Shown here: in pieces, positions 1 through 14,041 of the stretch
How the letters are laid out: the number at the start of each line of letters is the position of its first letter
How positions within the stretch are numbered: position 1 is the stretch's first letter
From: Eledone cirrhosa
Taxonomy: Eukaryota
NCBI GenBank assembly: GCA_964016885.1
Contig: OZ024740.1
Location: 309,814,001 to 309,878,000 of the forward strand
DNA: 64,000 bases
Direction: 5' to 3'
The notes under the pieces: generated by a model
What the model saw: the letters and a program-made list of their open reading frames with translations, nothing else
Database searches by the model: none
What the model was told of the DNA's origin: nothing
Program-made: the position numbers and the translations under genes

Positions 1-1499
1 TTAAGTTTCAAATACTTTGCAACAGACTAGTAGACTATAAAATAGTCTTAGACGTTGTACGGTCAACTCTCACAGGGCCATGAATTAAAGTGCAATAGCT
101 CGGTATACAGTCCATTTATTTCAAGAATTATTGCCAGTATATATATTGTCATCTGACGATTGATGAATGATGATTACAATTATGTAGTCATTATTGCTAC
201 CTGAACTGGGACCTTTGCAGCTAATGTAAATTCATACGCGGTATACTGGGTTCGTTGTACAATCTTTCTGATCCTGAGTCAAATGAAATTATGCGTTTGA
301 GAATTGGTGACACTAGGTCTACATATTAAGTTTGATCCAATAAGAAACATTGTGTTTCAACTAGGAAAATGTCTCTTGGGATGGCTAACACTTATTTTCT
401 TCAGTTGAAAATATCCTAGTGGGGAATATCATTCAAATTGGGTTGCATCTGATTCTGGAAGCTATGTTATTATCTATTAATTCATCACAAATCAAACTGT
501 ATATAAGAAATGCCAGCATTAACATTCTATCTTTTATTGATATATGTACAAAGGTTGATAATTCAGTATTATACTGAAGACACATTTCTATGCAATGATG
601 AAATCCGTGGCCCTTGTCTTGAAAGCCCTTTTTATATATTCGCCTGCAAATTTCCGCTGGCCATATTAAATGTTTTCGCAAAACTAAAACGATGCAATTC
701 TCATCCTTGTAGTGTTTCTTCATATTCAACACAGATTAAATGTACATCTCAGATAATTCCAATCCTCATACAATTTCTGAGAATTCAAATTGATATTTAG
801 AAATACTAGTCATGTGATTAAAAAGGTCTGCGGAGAAACCTCCAACTGATAATATTTCATTTGAGGGAAGATAGCACATTTATTTTTTTATGTTTAATTA
901 GGTGGGGGAACTGAGAATTGTACTCTCCATGTGTTACATAATTTAAAAAGCCAATTTTCAATATTATCCTTTCTTGTAGGATCCTGGTAGAACGGAATCT
1001 TAATCTCAAAGACATTCGAGACGGGAAGACAAAAATAAATATTTTCTATCTATGTGCTAATGTCTAAACTTCAATGATTAAATATCAAAACCGTGATCAA
1101 GATAAACATGTATATGAGAGAAAGACATTGAAAATACAACAGCATTTTCGGCTAACATCTCGTTTATAGGAGATTGAAATAAAAACCAACGTCTCATGGA
1201 AAAAAATGTTTATTCAGTATTATTGCCGTATGCAAGATGTTGGTAAGTATCAATGGTGATCTTAAATAGGAACAGGCTGCATCACTTGATCGTTGCCGTC
1301 ATCATCATTTATCCTTCTATCTAAATAGGAATGTATAAATACTATGTATAAAATATAGTTCCTTAAAGGATGTTAGGTGTGTAAAGTGAAAGGTAGAAAG
1401 TGCGACTGTCTCTGATTCACTTTAATGTATTAGTTTAAATTTTAAACTTTAACTCATCTATAATCTCCGGAGATCTGTATTTTCCATACACATTGACTA

Positions 1500-2500
1500 A
1501 TCAAAAGTTGTGGGAAGTCAGTACTTGATGATAGTTTTTTTAATGAAAATATTCAACTGTGCGAGGAGATGCTATTCACTGATCAATAGTTGCTTGACTC
1601 AAAATGTACCTCTAATTTAGAAATAGTGAAACTATTTGTTATTGAACATAATATTCCATTGAACAATTGTGTTACCTGTGCATCGGATGTAACGCCTGCT
1701 GTGGTAGGTAGACACTGAGGTCCTTCTCTCTTGAAACTTGAACTTTCATATCCTCTTCTAACAGTTCACTGTGTGGTTTCTAGGGAGCAATTAGTGACAA
1801 AACATATCCAGGGTATGCTTAGTGATGAAGTGCAGTTAGTTAATAAAACGTTCAACAAGCTGAAATCGACTTTTTATCTGAACACATTTCTTGTAAACTG
1901 TGCCACGATTATGATGATGACTGTGTTTTTCCTCACCGACATATTCACCAAACTACATGATCTCAACATATTATGGCAAGGAAAGCAAAAAATGCTTGTC
2001 GACTGTAAATCATCCACCCCTGCCTTTATTTCGAAATTAGCGTATTATAAGATGAACATTTCAAGATAGAATCTCACTAATTTCAACGATTGAATAGATT
2101 GAAACATAAATTCGTTGAGGATGTCATTATATATGATGACATGGTACAGTGATTTCAGGATATTATCGCATTTACTGTTCCAGTTTAGTTTAACAACCTG
2201 TTTTAAGTCCAAGTAGTCGATTCTAAAGACGATGTGTAGGAGGCATTGATAGATTTACAAAATGAAAAAGAGGCCACAATGTGATGTCGGCTTCACGGTA
2301 AACCTAGCTTGTGTTATACTCAAATTATTGGAAACACTTAAAATTGATTTTGCTTGCCTTCCTAAGGTCCTGTGTGGGAGAAGCCGTCTTCCGTTATCTG
2401 AAAGAAGTAGGCTGGATATAACCAAACGAGGTGAATTCTGATTAAATGTAGCTAATATTGAACACAATGTGTTTGAACTAATTGCGTCGCACCAAACCCA
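1500..2500 (+). pseudogene. Degenerate hAT (Charlie/Buster, ZBED8/SCAND3-like) transposase relic
   Basis: Broken frames read VTCASDVTPAVVGRH (cf. TDGAPAMVG), TVHCVVSREQLVTK (cf. HCxxHRxxLxxK), FLTDIFTKLHDLNILWQG (cf. YLxDIFxxLNxLNxxLQG), and near 2350-2465 traces resembling the C-terminal dimerisation region. Multiple stops and deletions. Confidence 0.75.
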
Positions 2501-5500
2501 GGGGTCGATTTGATGATATAAAAAAATGGTATGTCTTTGCCAAAATATTGGATGCTAATACACTTTTTCTTTACTTTAAACAGAGATGTTTGTAATTTAA
2601 AAATTACTCATTTTAATTGTTTCGTAAAAGATAAACAAATTGGTATCATTTTGTTACTGGTTCGCAAACTGAATTTTTAAGTGTTTTATTCTCCAGGAAA
2701 GTTCCTATGAGGAAATCTGCTCATCGCAAATTCATGCTTTTAAGTACACAGTGGAAACCTTTTCCATGTGAAAGTGGACGATGACGCAGAAATGTGTTCA
2801 AATGTAAACTATAAAACTCACTCACTCATAAATTCTTGAAATTAGTCAATATTACATACGATTTTGCCGATGAAATTGCTGTAAATTCGCGAAGATTTCA
2901 TAGCGTTATAATAATCTTCTTTTACGCATCTATTAGACCAATTCCAGTTTGCAAAAAAATATAGGAATGCAGAATTTTACCTATACACAATATCATTGTT
3001 TAGGAAAGTGTATTACACAATCGTTTTAAAATTTAGTCTATTATATCAGTGGTGCATCAACTCGCATATTAATTGTGGTAAAAGTAAATACATTATATGT
3101 TTTAAAATTATAATAATACTTATCTTATTGTCTATCATTTGACTTCGAACGTGTATGTATTGACACGCAATACTCTTAATTGATTCATTGGTTAAAACAG
3201 CATTTATTGGTACCTTAATAAATGGGCAAATAAAGCAACCTTTCGTTGAATAAGCAAGTTATAAGAACATTGTTGTCTGCTCGTGCCAATTTATGTTTGA
3301 GGAAATTGCATTACTGCAAACATGGTTCATACTCAACTGAACTATTAAATAAGCTTGTCTGGATGACGAAGTATTCTGATGTGAATACATTACTAAAAGT
3401 TATGGAACATTTGGAATTTTCTCAAATACATTTCGGGGTGCAAACCATTATAAAGGATTTCTAAAGGATTTCTAAGAGGTATTTTGCTTGTGCTGGAATC
3501 ATATTATCATTACGAAAGTACTTTTAGCTAAAGAAGAGGGCCATCATTAGAAAAAAGTGTCTAAACAAATCTCAGATAATGATATTCATGCTTCAAACTC
3601 AAATTAGATATATTGAAACTGAAGATTCCACTGTTTCGACTATACGGAAAAATATAAAAACATCATAAAAATACCTATCAATAGTAACTTGTGTTGAGAC
3701 AGTAAGGTCTAGTACCCTTCATTAAAAACAGAACGACCTTTACAATGAAAATTGTCTGGCACTAAAAGTTCTAATTACAGAAACGCGAAACACTCTAATT
3801 AGCAATATCAACATTTTAATCATTTTAATGTCAAAGAAAGAATTTAATGTAAAATTGAGCTGCAAACGCAAGAAACATAGTAATATGAAGAGTCAATGAT
3901 AAATTGACAAAACCAAACAAATCCTGAGACTTTTTTGAATCTATTGGAATCTTCCTTGGATTTACACAATTTAGTTCAAGAATAAATGCTTCACTTGGGA
4001 GATTGAAATTTCCTTTTCCAAAACTAAATAACAGTCCATCAAATGTCACGTTCATTGACAATATCTAATGTTAATTTTCTTCCTCACCGTCAAAACCTCA
4101 CTACTGGAATTTAATGTGGACATACAAACTACACAATTGTTGTTTTTAAATGGGCATAAACGGATGAAATTCCATGAAAACCTATCGAATGTGAGGGTTT
4201 CAATCATTTTGAAGGGACGGATATTATATGAAGAAAAACGTTCTCCGCAACTCTCCCCATGATAATGTTGAATAATGATATTCATTTGCCAACATTGATT
4301 GATTTATATCTTACATCTATGCAACACAATTTCCAGTTATCTCTTTCATACTTCTCCCTATATGTGCGTTCTCCAAGAGGTAGATCATTTTGACTTTCCT
4401 CTTTCTCTTATCTTCTGCCAAATTATTTAATTTATCTTTCATTTAACACTCTATACATCTAGAATAACCTTACATATATCTTTGTTTTCGTCTTCTCTTC
4501 CGACACACATTCACATTTATGGGAAAAGAACATTACAATTGCAAGATAATGTCAATTTACGATAAAAAAACAGGAGTGCGTCAGTGAACATCTGAAACAG
4601 AGTGTTACCGAAAACATAATACCATAGATACGCTAATGAAATATATATATATATATATGTGTGTGCGTGTTTGTGTGTGTGTGTGTGTATGTGAGGGTGT
4701 ATGTGAGTGTGCGAGGGGAGGCATGGGTGTCACTAGTTCTCAAAATGCCCAAGACGTAGCAAGACGACGCCGATGCAACTCCATTAGTAGTTGATAAATG
4801 ATATATGATACACAAGAGAGATTAACAAGTAGATAATTCTCGACCTGATGAAAACTCTCTGTTATTAAGCAATCAAATGATTTGTAGTAGATACGTATTT
4901 TTAGCTATTTAACAGAGATAACGAGAAAAATTGTATAACATGAAACATGATAAATCTAAATTGAATATATCAAACCTGTGTTCAGTTAGAACAGTTCAAA
5001 AACATTTCTATGATATACATGCTTCGGTTCCAACGAATTGTCGCAAGCCAAATCACATGCAACAAAATTACGCTTCCAAAATAATATATAAGTTTCATTA
5101 AACGTACTTCAACAGTGTAATTACTGGACATTATCAATGCTTATTCTCTGATTGACATTGTGATAATCTGCATACTTGATTTCGACCTGGGAATCCGAAG
5201 GTTTTTCCGTGTAATAAAATGCTCCCCACAACAAATCTGCTCAAGCATTTGAGAAGTACTGCGGTTAAATCAATGTGGTTTTCCTGTCCAGGTTCGTTTC
5301 TAGATCATTAATAAGATTACCAGCAACATTTAATCTCCTTCAGTTTCCTCACGTAAGAGGGCATAGCTCAGTATGTTTCTTTGCTGTGTGACATTTTTTT
5401 CTAATGGCTACAAGCTTGTGGGTGCAAATCAATTTGCTGCTGCAACATAAACTCGATGCCTTTCCCCCCTAGTCAAGAGTACTCCTCAATCAACTCATAA

Positions 5501-7907
5501 GTATTCTTCCACCCATTCAGATGATATCACTTCAGCCATGAATCTTCTTCTCTGTAGTCAGGAGTCTCCTTTCTTCGTTTCAGGGTCCAACCCCATTAGT
5601 CAAATACTTCCTAAATACAGATCATTGCTGAGGGTGCTTCTATCTTCCGGCTCCGAATGCGGGTGTCGATGTCTCATAAAATGTAGTGAGTCTGTATGTT
5701 TCAGCCTCTTCCACCATGTAAATAAAGCTAGTCGGGGCGATCAAACGATGTCATTTACGAAACTCCTGCACAACAATACAATTTAAGAGAGTTTGATGAT
5801 GTGACTTTGTCTATCTCAACGGGTCATAACATCATACAATCTTCATTTTGAGCCAGAGGCAGTGATTCGGATTCTCAGCTGCCACCGAAGATGCTCTCAA
5901 AATTTCTTTGCTTTCCCTTGCCACAAGTACAAGGACACTGAGCAGTAATCCGGTAGTATTACTGTTAAAACCGATGGATAATATAGGAAAATCAATACTG
6001 ATTATATTCTAAATATTAAAAGCCTGTATTATGTTTTGTTTGTTTCTGTAATTATCATGTGTTTATGGTCTTCCATATTGAGGCAATATTCTCTCAGGTA
6101 TACTTTCTCAGATGTATATTATCGTATTTCTTTAGATATGTATATTGCAATTTTATTGGCAATTTAAAATATAATTCTGTTGGCATTTATGTTGTGTATT
6201 TATAAATATATATGACATTTTAGCGTTTTCTGCTTTTATTCAGAAACAAACATTTTGAATGTAAATCATTATATGTGATCAGATTATTCTCTTTGCAATT
6301 TACCGCGTACACCCAGGGTGATACTAAATAATTGGAAAATATAATCTAACATATGTGGTGAAATTATTCCGTGATGTATGATAATAATATGGAAATCTCA
6401 TGGGTGATTGAAAGAAATGTATTTTTGACTTGCTTGTCATGTAAAAAATAAATTATATTGTAAATATTAAGCATCATCATGTAATCTTCATATAACATTA
6501 CAATCTACTTATTTTGTTTAACACATGATGATGGAACTCAATAACCTTGTACATATGCAAAAACAAGTGTCATCTCTTCCAAGGGATTTAATGAATCATA
6601 ATTTTATATATAATCTGAAACTTATATCTATTATTTTTATCATTAAACACATTTATAATACTTCTAAATTCAAAACAAAGCAAAAGAATCACATCCATTT
6701 AGTTCTGTAGCAATTGATTTGGAAATGTATTAATAAAGTAAATCATGTGCATGTGCTTCCATTAATATGTTGCATTCCTTGATATATTTAATGCCTTATA
6801 TTTTTATCGACTGAAATTTTATTTCTCTACATTGATAAAGTGTTATTCTATTCACATCATATTCAATTTCATGTGTATTGGTTCGGCTTGTTCTGGAAAT
6901 AGCACATTAAATACATTTCGCGTATGCAAATAATATTTCTGAAAAACTAGTTCCTATCTAGAGAGTATGACCCACATCCCAACTGATATTGTGTTGTTGA
7001 AATGCTTTTGTCTCATCATTAAATAAAACGCACTTATAACCATACTATCACATATCCCACACCTTAGTAACTACCAACCGCATTGGATCTTAAATATCCC
7101 TAGATATGTCATATTTCTATTCATATTTAAAACTCGTGATCCTTTCATTGATAATTAAAGTTAAAAATTAACTTCTATTATGCTGAAAATGTTTAATGCT
7201 TGAGGGGTCTTTAACAGTAAAAGTTATACAACTATTTGAAATAATGTGTTACCTCGTCAACAGAAAGTATTAGTAGAAACACATTTTTTCGATAATACAT
7301 CTAACACAAAAGCAATAACTCGCATTGACTACTTTTGATAACAAATTCCTATCAAAGAAATAATAATTGCTTTGTGATTATAATTATAATTATAATAACA
7401 CAAACGTAAATTCTGGTTATTGTAAAGAAAGCTATAACCTATCTAAATATATTAACTTGTATAATTTAGAAGTAAATAACTACTTAAGATCTGAGGCCCC
7501 ATGTTAATCCCTCATGTTGATGTGACGTTGTCAAACTTGTATTGAAGAGAGCAGTGGTTGATATCAGGCTCAACTTTGAGTAGAGGATAAATATCTAAGA
7601 CGTTACGCAATAGGCATCTAAAACCTGATGATTTGGATGACGTAAAAATACAGTCAAACTCTATCAATTTGTAATAACTTTATATATAGCAACTAGCATA
7701 TGGTTTCCACTTAGACAATTTGGCACAACTGTATCCTACTGGAGTCTACTTCATGTCTCCGTTTGCTTTAAAGACGAAGAAATATTTAACCATTCAGCAA
7801 TTACATCAATCTCCACGCTATTTGAAGTTTCTGGAAATTAAATTGCACTGTCTAATTAGAACATATTAAAAAAGGATAATTTTCATTATATGTGATTATT
7901 ATTAAGT

Positions 7908-8090
7908 GCGGTGGATGAGCAGTATCGGTAGAGTGTTGGAAAACATGTTTTGCGGTCTAAAGGTACGTTAATTTACTCTTTGACGTCAAATCACCCACTA
8001 TATAAAGTCCCAGGAATACACTGATGTCAATATAATTGACTTTACACTACCACCAAATTGTTCGACTTATTTCTAAATCTGAAACTATCA
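7908..8090 (+). mobile_element. Highly degenerate copy of the tRNA-derived SINE
   Basis: Head gcggtggatgagcagtatcggtagag matches the SINE 5' end; the tail resembles ...ctaaatctgaaac+att. Confidence 0.5.
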
Positions 8091-9270
8091 TTATTTATAA
8101 TGATTAGCAATATCGATGATAAAACATAAAAATGTATGAGTTTTAAATGAAGAGTGGATGATTGTGAGACAAATATACATAATGTAGGAATTTTAAATAA
8201 ATGTTCCGGTGTGGAGGACTAGTGTATATCTCGCAGATCCGTGATTACACAAACTACTGTCCATCCTTGTTTTACGGAAAACTTTTGCTACTGTCATCCG
8301 CGTCCCAATAAATTTCTCGGAAGACAGCAACTCTCTTTACATGGTGTAATTTCGAAGTGGGACGTGAATAGGTTCCTGGGTGCTTGGCGAAATAAGAAAC
8401 CGACTATCGTAAGTCCTTTCGGCAGCATCCACCAAAATAATTTGCGGCGAGGAAGTTTCCAAGATTGATTCAGCCAATATCCGGCTTCTTATAACAAGTG
8501 GTAGCAATTGGTTTACAAAATTCCACAAACAGTCAACGCTCCGGTCCCGAACGAGTGTATGGAAAATTGTTTCGTTTAAATAGGCGAATATTGAACATTC
8601 TCAGTCGACATCGCTTCCGTGTCTGTAGTGTATATCTCGAACGGATAAAGATTTCGAGTTGTATGACCAAACCGGTGATTTCGGAAAAGCATTCGAAGTC
8701 ACTCTTTGAAAGTTTTTCGTCGAACACTGCGGATGTTTAATTGGAGAGATTAGTTTCATTGCTGGTGGAGAACGTTTTCCTTCAAAATACACCCTCAACA
8801 GCTATAAAAATTGCAATCAGAAAATATTGACAAAAATTGTAATGGATAACTGCGTCATAAAGGTAAAATCTGTTAACTATAACCTCTCACACTGTTCGTC
8901 GATGCCAAGTTTTGTTTAAACAGAACAGAGAATAATGTTTAATACTAATATATATCATAGCTTTCAACATATAGGGAATAGGCAATGGTTTGATAGGATC
9001 GATAGAGCGTACGATAAACAGCCGATTCACATTTGTTCCAGCGCTCTGCGTTCTTTTGTTCAAATATAGCTGAGGCCCACAAAATCTTGTATAATAAAGG
9101 AATCGATACAGTATCGATAAAGTATGATACTAGTTCAGGGCGCCGGTAATAATTTTTCCATATCTTTTCTTCGTGGAAAATAGAATAAAATTTCTAATAT
9201 ATGTATTAAAAAATAAAACCTGACGAACACAGTCATACACTCACACATACACACAAACACACAGTCACAG

Positions 9271-9316
<46 letters not shown>

Positions 9317-9404
9317 GTAATCTGAGTTTTTCGAGGGTCTCCTACTGACATGGTTTAAAAAGAAGCTGTTTGCATAATTGCAAACGAATCGAATATTATT
9401 ATTA

Positions 9405-9591
9405 GTGGATTGGCCGTATCAGTAGAGGGTCGGACGCCATGCTTTCCAGCATAGTTGCGTCCCTTTACGATCTGAGTTCAAATCCCGCCGAGGTTGACTT
9501 TACCTTTCATCCTTACGGGGTCGATAAAATAAAGTACCAGTAATGCACTGGGTAATTGCTGGCCTTGTGCCTAAAAGTAGAAACAATTATT
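9405..9591 (+). mobile_element. tRNA-derived SINE (octopus-type family)
   Basis: A-box-like TGGCCGTATCAG, B-box GAGTTCAAATCC, core CCTTTCATCCTTACGGGGTCGATAAAATAAAGTACCAG and an ATT tail; many near-identical copies in the window. Confidence 0.9.
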
Positions 9592-9630
9592 AATATTATA
9601 ACAACTCAGATTACATTTATTGTATTAATG

Positions 9631-10467
9631 GTGGGCAATTGCGACGACGCACTCGGAGAGGCTCTGGGCGTCGATGAAGTCGAACCAATCAGTCTGTTCC
9701 GGAGGACTTTCGAGCCGCGAACGATGGATCATTTCCTAAAATCCCTCGCTTGGCAGTGCTACCGAGGGGCACTACCGGTTCGAGATAAACTCTACAGGCA
9801 CGGAAGTGCTGTCAGACGGACCTGCCCGAGATCTGCACAGAGCGACGAAACCGTTCTGCACGTACTCGTCCAGTGCCCGTGCATTATTGACTTGTGGAGC
9901 TATGGCGACAGCTGTTGTCGCGTGTAGAACGGATCCAGCTATCGGCCGAGTCCATAGTGAAGATCGACCCGCCGCCTTCTTTTGGCCAGGAAGGGCAGGC
10001 AATTTTCCTCTGTCTGGTGGCAGTAGCGAAAGAGGTTGTATGGTGGACCAGGTTGAAAGGACTGAAGACAGACACTTTTCTCTTCGGCCAATCCCTCATC
10101 AACTTTTTCAAGTTTCACTTGGAAAGGAAGGTGAGGGTGGAGAGAGAAGTGTTGCCCCCAGTACATTTGCTGAAAGGTGGGTGAATGTGGCGAGAATGGC
10201 CCGTGTGAGTGGGCCTGCTCTGATCATGCGCCTATAGGTGGGTGAATTTGAGGAGGAGAGGATTGCCCTTCCCGGATGCTCTCGAAGCGTCGGGTCGTTC
10301 AGGATTGGTGCCCTACCTGAGTGAACCCTGGGGAATTTTTCTTGTTGTATTTTTCTTGTTATTTTGATATTGTTATTATTGTTTACACGTTATATATGTA
10401 AACCCCACTGTCCCAGTCTTTTGTATTGTCCCCTATATGTCGGCCCTTGTGGCCAATAAATGAAATC

Positions 10468-10468
<1 letters not shown>
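9631..10468 (+). mobile_element. 5'-truncated Tx1/L1-clade LINE (ORF2 C-terminus and 3' UTR)
   Basis: Encodes CDDALGEALG...SLAWQCYRGALPVRDKLYRHG...CPRSAQSDETVLHVLVQC and AKEVVWWTRLKGL, closely matching the ORF2 end at 27.7-28.3 kb; frameshifted; AATAAA near 10455. Confidence 0.9.
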
Positions 10469-10499
<31 letters not shown>

Positions 10500-10511
10500 C
10501 TATATTATTAT

Positions 10512-10544
<33 letters not shown>

Positions 10545-10547
<3 letters not shown>

Positions 10548-11550
10548 TTAATATAGATGAGATTCTACAGGACTAGAACTGTTTCATTCATTAGAAATCA
10601 TCAGGAATCTGGGTATCAAAAAATAAATATGGTATTTATAGGTCTCTACAAGTGGTAGGAGAGGGTGGGGAGTGGGATGGGTGCAGGTCATTGGTTGATA
10701 GAAAAGGGAATTCATTAAAAGCTAATTCTACAAAGCTATAGTTAATTTTTATTTTTATTTATATTTATTTATGTTTTTAGAGTAACAAAGGCAGACAGAA
10801 TTCTATAAACAGGTTCCGGATGGTATACCATTCCTTGTCAATAAGTTTCTCTTAAGCTAACAGATGTCTATAAAATCAGTGGGGGGTCAGTCATGCTCGA
10901 TAGAATTAAAGAAAAGGGAGATTCTTTAAAAGCTAAAGTCATTAAGGTTCTACTAAGTGACAAAGGTCTAGAGAATTCTGCAGACAGATTCAAAATACTT
11001 ATCGAAGATAATAGTAAGATATGCACTCAGTATTTTGAATCTGTCTGCAGAATTCTCTAGACCTTTGTCACTTAGTAGAACCTTAATGACTTTAGCTTTT
11101 AAAGAATCTCCCTTTTCTTTAATTCTATCGAGCATGACTGACCCCCCACTGATTTTATAGACATCTGTTAGCTTAAGAGAAACTTATTGACAAGGAATGG
11201 TATGCCATCCGGAACCTGTTTATAGAATTCTGTCTGCCTTTGTTACTCTAAAAACATAAATAAATATAAATAAAAATAAAAATTAACTATAGCTTTGTAG
11301 AATTAGCTTTTAATGAATTCCCTTTTCTATCAACCAATGACCTGCACCCATCCCACTCCCCACCCTCTCCTACCACTTGTAGAGACCTATAAATACCATA
11401 TTTATTTTTTGATACCCAGATTCCTGATGATTTCTAATGAATCAAACAGTTCTAGTCCTGTAGAATCTCATCTATATTAAAACTGTTATACTCTGCTATG
11501 TATTGAGTACCTTACTTACTGTGGTTACCTCCGATTCAACCCGGAATAAC

Positions 11551-11551
<1 letters not shown>
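10545..11551. mobile_element. PLE-type terminus forming a ~470-bp-arm palindrome plus a ~68-nt single tail, within (TA)n
   Basis: 10545-~11000 is the reverse complement of ~11030-11483; each arm has a hammerhead motif; tail 11484-11551 occurs on one side only; flanked by (TA)n. Confidence 0.85.
10560..10610 (-). ncRNA. Type I hammerhead ribozyme motif (family 1, intact core)
   Basis: Minus strand: AGATTC-CTGATGA-tttctaatgaat-GAAA-CAGttctagtcCTG-TA-GAATCT; stems I and III pair, predicted cleavage after GUA. The mirror copy at 11418-11468 has GAAA changed to CAAA. Confidence 0.8.
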
Positions 11552-11644
<93 letters not shown>

Positions 11645-12189
11645 CATACATACATGAATGCTAGTGTTGGTATCTCATTTGACGGTGATGCAATGTAGGT
11701 GGTCTGGTCCCTTCTACTACGGTAGCAAATCTACATTGAATCACACTCTGTTATAGTGAGGGAACCCATGAAGAACAGGACCAAATTAGGTGTCTCATAT
11801 ATTGCAACAATCAGCCAGGTGTCCTTGATCACCTCAATGTTCGGTCCCGTTTTATGAACGCTCTTCACTCCATTCGTTTTCTTATCTGAACTAACTTTAT
11901 TAACAGCCTCGCGATAAGCTCCTCAAAGTGTGTTACTTCTTTCCTTTCCCCACTACTCATCGTGACGACTCACCGTTATTACTTCACCTGTACCCCTTCT
12001 TCACTCTCCTACGAAAATGACCAATGCCTTAGTCGTATGATTTTACCAACCTATATATCTGTGCTTAGTGGGCAACTGCAGACTATATTCCTCATGTTGC
12101 TAACCACTTCACACTTGCACAGACCACTCTATATCCAATACTTCAGATGTGTGTAACAGGCATGTATGTAATATATATATGTGTGTGTG

Positions 12190-12346
<157 letters not shown>

Positions 12347-12829
12347 TTATATATATATGGGGCTGAGGTGGGAGTGTATGTACGTGTGAGTGTGTGTGAA
12401 ATAATAGTTGATACAGAAGATACATATCATATATATTATTTTTATTAATCATACGTATTTCTGTGACACTGGCAAGGAGCTGTTGTGCAATAATTACAAC
12501 ACCAACCTGCACCAGTGTCGAGTCATCAGATGTTAGTACGATTATGTGTGGATGCGTTGATATGTTGTTGGCTAACGCTACCATGTTTGCCAAAGACCGG
12601 AGTACCTATGATTCCCCTCGTATTTTCTTCTGTCATTCCGTTATCTTATATCTCTCTATTTTCATTTGTGTTTGTTTTTTAACTTCTTAGGCTGTCATTA
12701 AATTACTTCAAGTGATATGAGAAATATTTATATTTCCTTATCCTTTCTATCAATTTAGGGGGGGGGGGGGTATAAATCCACATCAACTCACGTGTAAGCG
12801 CGTATTCATCGGTAGTCTTTGCTCTAGAC

Positions 12830-12970
12830 CAAAGGTTCTCAACGGGGAGCATATTTCCCTTGTCGGAGCTCCGGGGGGCGTTTTGGAGCAAGGGGGCCGT
12901 ACGGGAGCGTTTGAAGCTTTGGCGCGCGCTAACGGGCGCGCTATGGGGCGCTGGAAGGTTCCTTAATTAG
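12830..12970 (+). mobile_element. hAT/Charlie-like left end
   Basis: ctctagac followed by CAAAGGTTCTCAAC (Charlie-type TIR at an NTCTAGAN-like site) and GC-rich subterminal GGAGCGTTT/GGGGCGTTT repeats. Confidence 0.6.
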
Positions 12971-13214
12971 GTAAATTTTATGAGCCATATTTGTACGTCT
13001 CTGAGACAGCCAGTGTGAATGCATTTGAATGAAGAAAACGAAGAAAATAAATAAAAGAAGCTTGTCAACGAATTCCCTAGGGATATAAAAGAATAACGAA
13101 AGAAATCAAAGAAAATGAAAATAAGGGCAACGTCAACTATTACAAGAACAACTTCAACAGAAATGACAAGTAAAAGAAAGAATGGTGATGAAAGGTGTGG
13201 GTATACACTTATCC

Positions 13215-13360
13215 AATTTGGGGTTTAGGGTCCCGTCGATTACATCGATAGCAGTTCACAACTGGTACTTACTTTATCGACCCCAAAGGATGAAAGGCAA
13301 AGTTGAGATCGGTGGAATTTGAACTCAGAACGTAAAACGGAAGAAGTACCGCAAAGCAGT
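13215..13360 (-). mobile_element. Partial SINE
   Basis: Reverse complement of the SINE core (ctggtacttactttatcgacccc...gatgaaaggcaaag...tttgaactcaga). Confidence 0.75.
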
Positions 13361-13546
13361 ACCAGTTATAATGCAATCTAAAATATTAGTTCTACCACGG
13401 GCCATAAAAAAGTAGTTCGCGGGACGCATGTTTGAGCCCTCAGTCGGAGAGATAGATAGATAGACGTGCAACACACAAACACACACACACACACACACAC
13501 ACAAATATTTCTTACTCTCTCTGTCTCTTCCTGTGTCTCTCTTCAT

Positions 13547-13635
<89 letters not shown>

Positions 13636-14041
13636 TAGTAATAATAATAAAATTGGAGACTAAAATCCAAAGAGGGCTCGATAAGGAAAATATATATCAA
13701 ATATATAAGAACCGTAGAGCAAATATTTATTAAAATAACAGATTAAAGTTTAAGCAAAGAATCGCTGCTTTCACCCTTAACGGGATCTTCTGAAACTAAC
13801 AAAGTCAATCTGTAAACACAGAACTGGATATTTCAAAAAACGTTGCAACCGGAGGAAGACAGGAAGACGATACTTTGGTTCGTGGTAACGTTCGCTGGCA
13901 AAGAACGGGAAAAAACGAATAATACGTCATTAATAGGAGCGGTGAAAAACAATTACGCGCAAAGACAAAACCACGTTTATGGTATAAAAGAGGTTGTAGA
14001 CTAATGTTCTCTTAGGTGGTGCATAGAGACGTTCTCTGGCA

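Noticed and set aside
400-1030. Possible host exons (acceptor-like ttcttcag near 400 and ttcttgtag near 975; ORF 510-800)
   Set aside because: Stops in the plausible frames and no recognisable protein.
3520-3700. Pogo/Tigger HTH-like trace (STVSTIRKN)
   Set aside because: Only one short motif, with no supporting TIRs or DDE region.
3831-4285. Two overlapping minus-strand ORFs as a frameshifted gene
   Set aside because: No identifiable motif or splice support.
9405-9500. tRNA genes at the SINE heads
   Set aside because: A/B boxes are present but there is no cloverleaf, and they are always joined to the SINE body.
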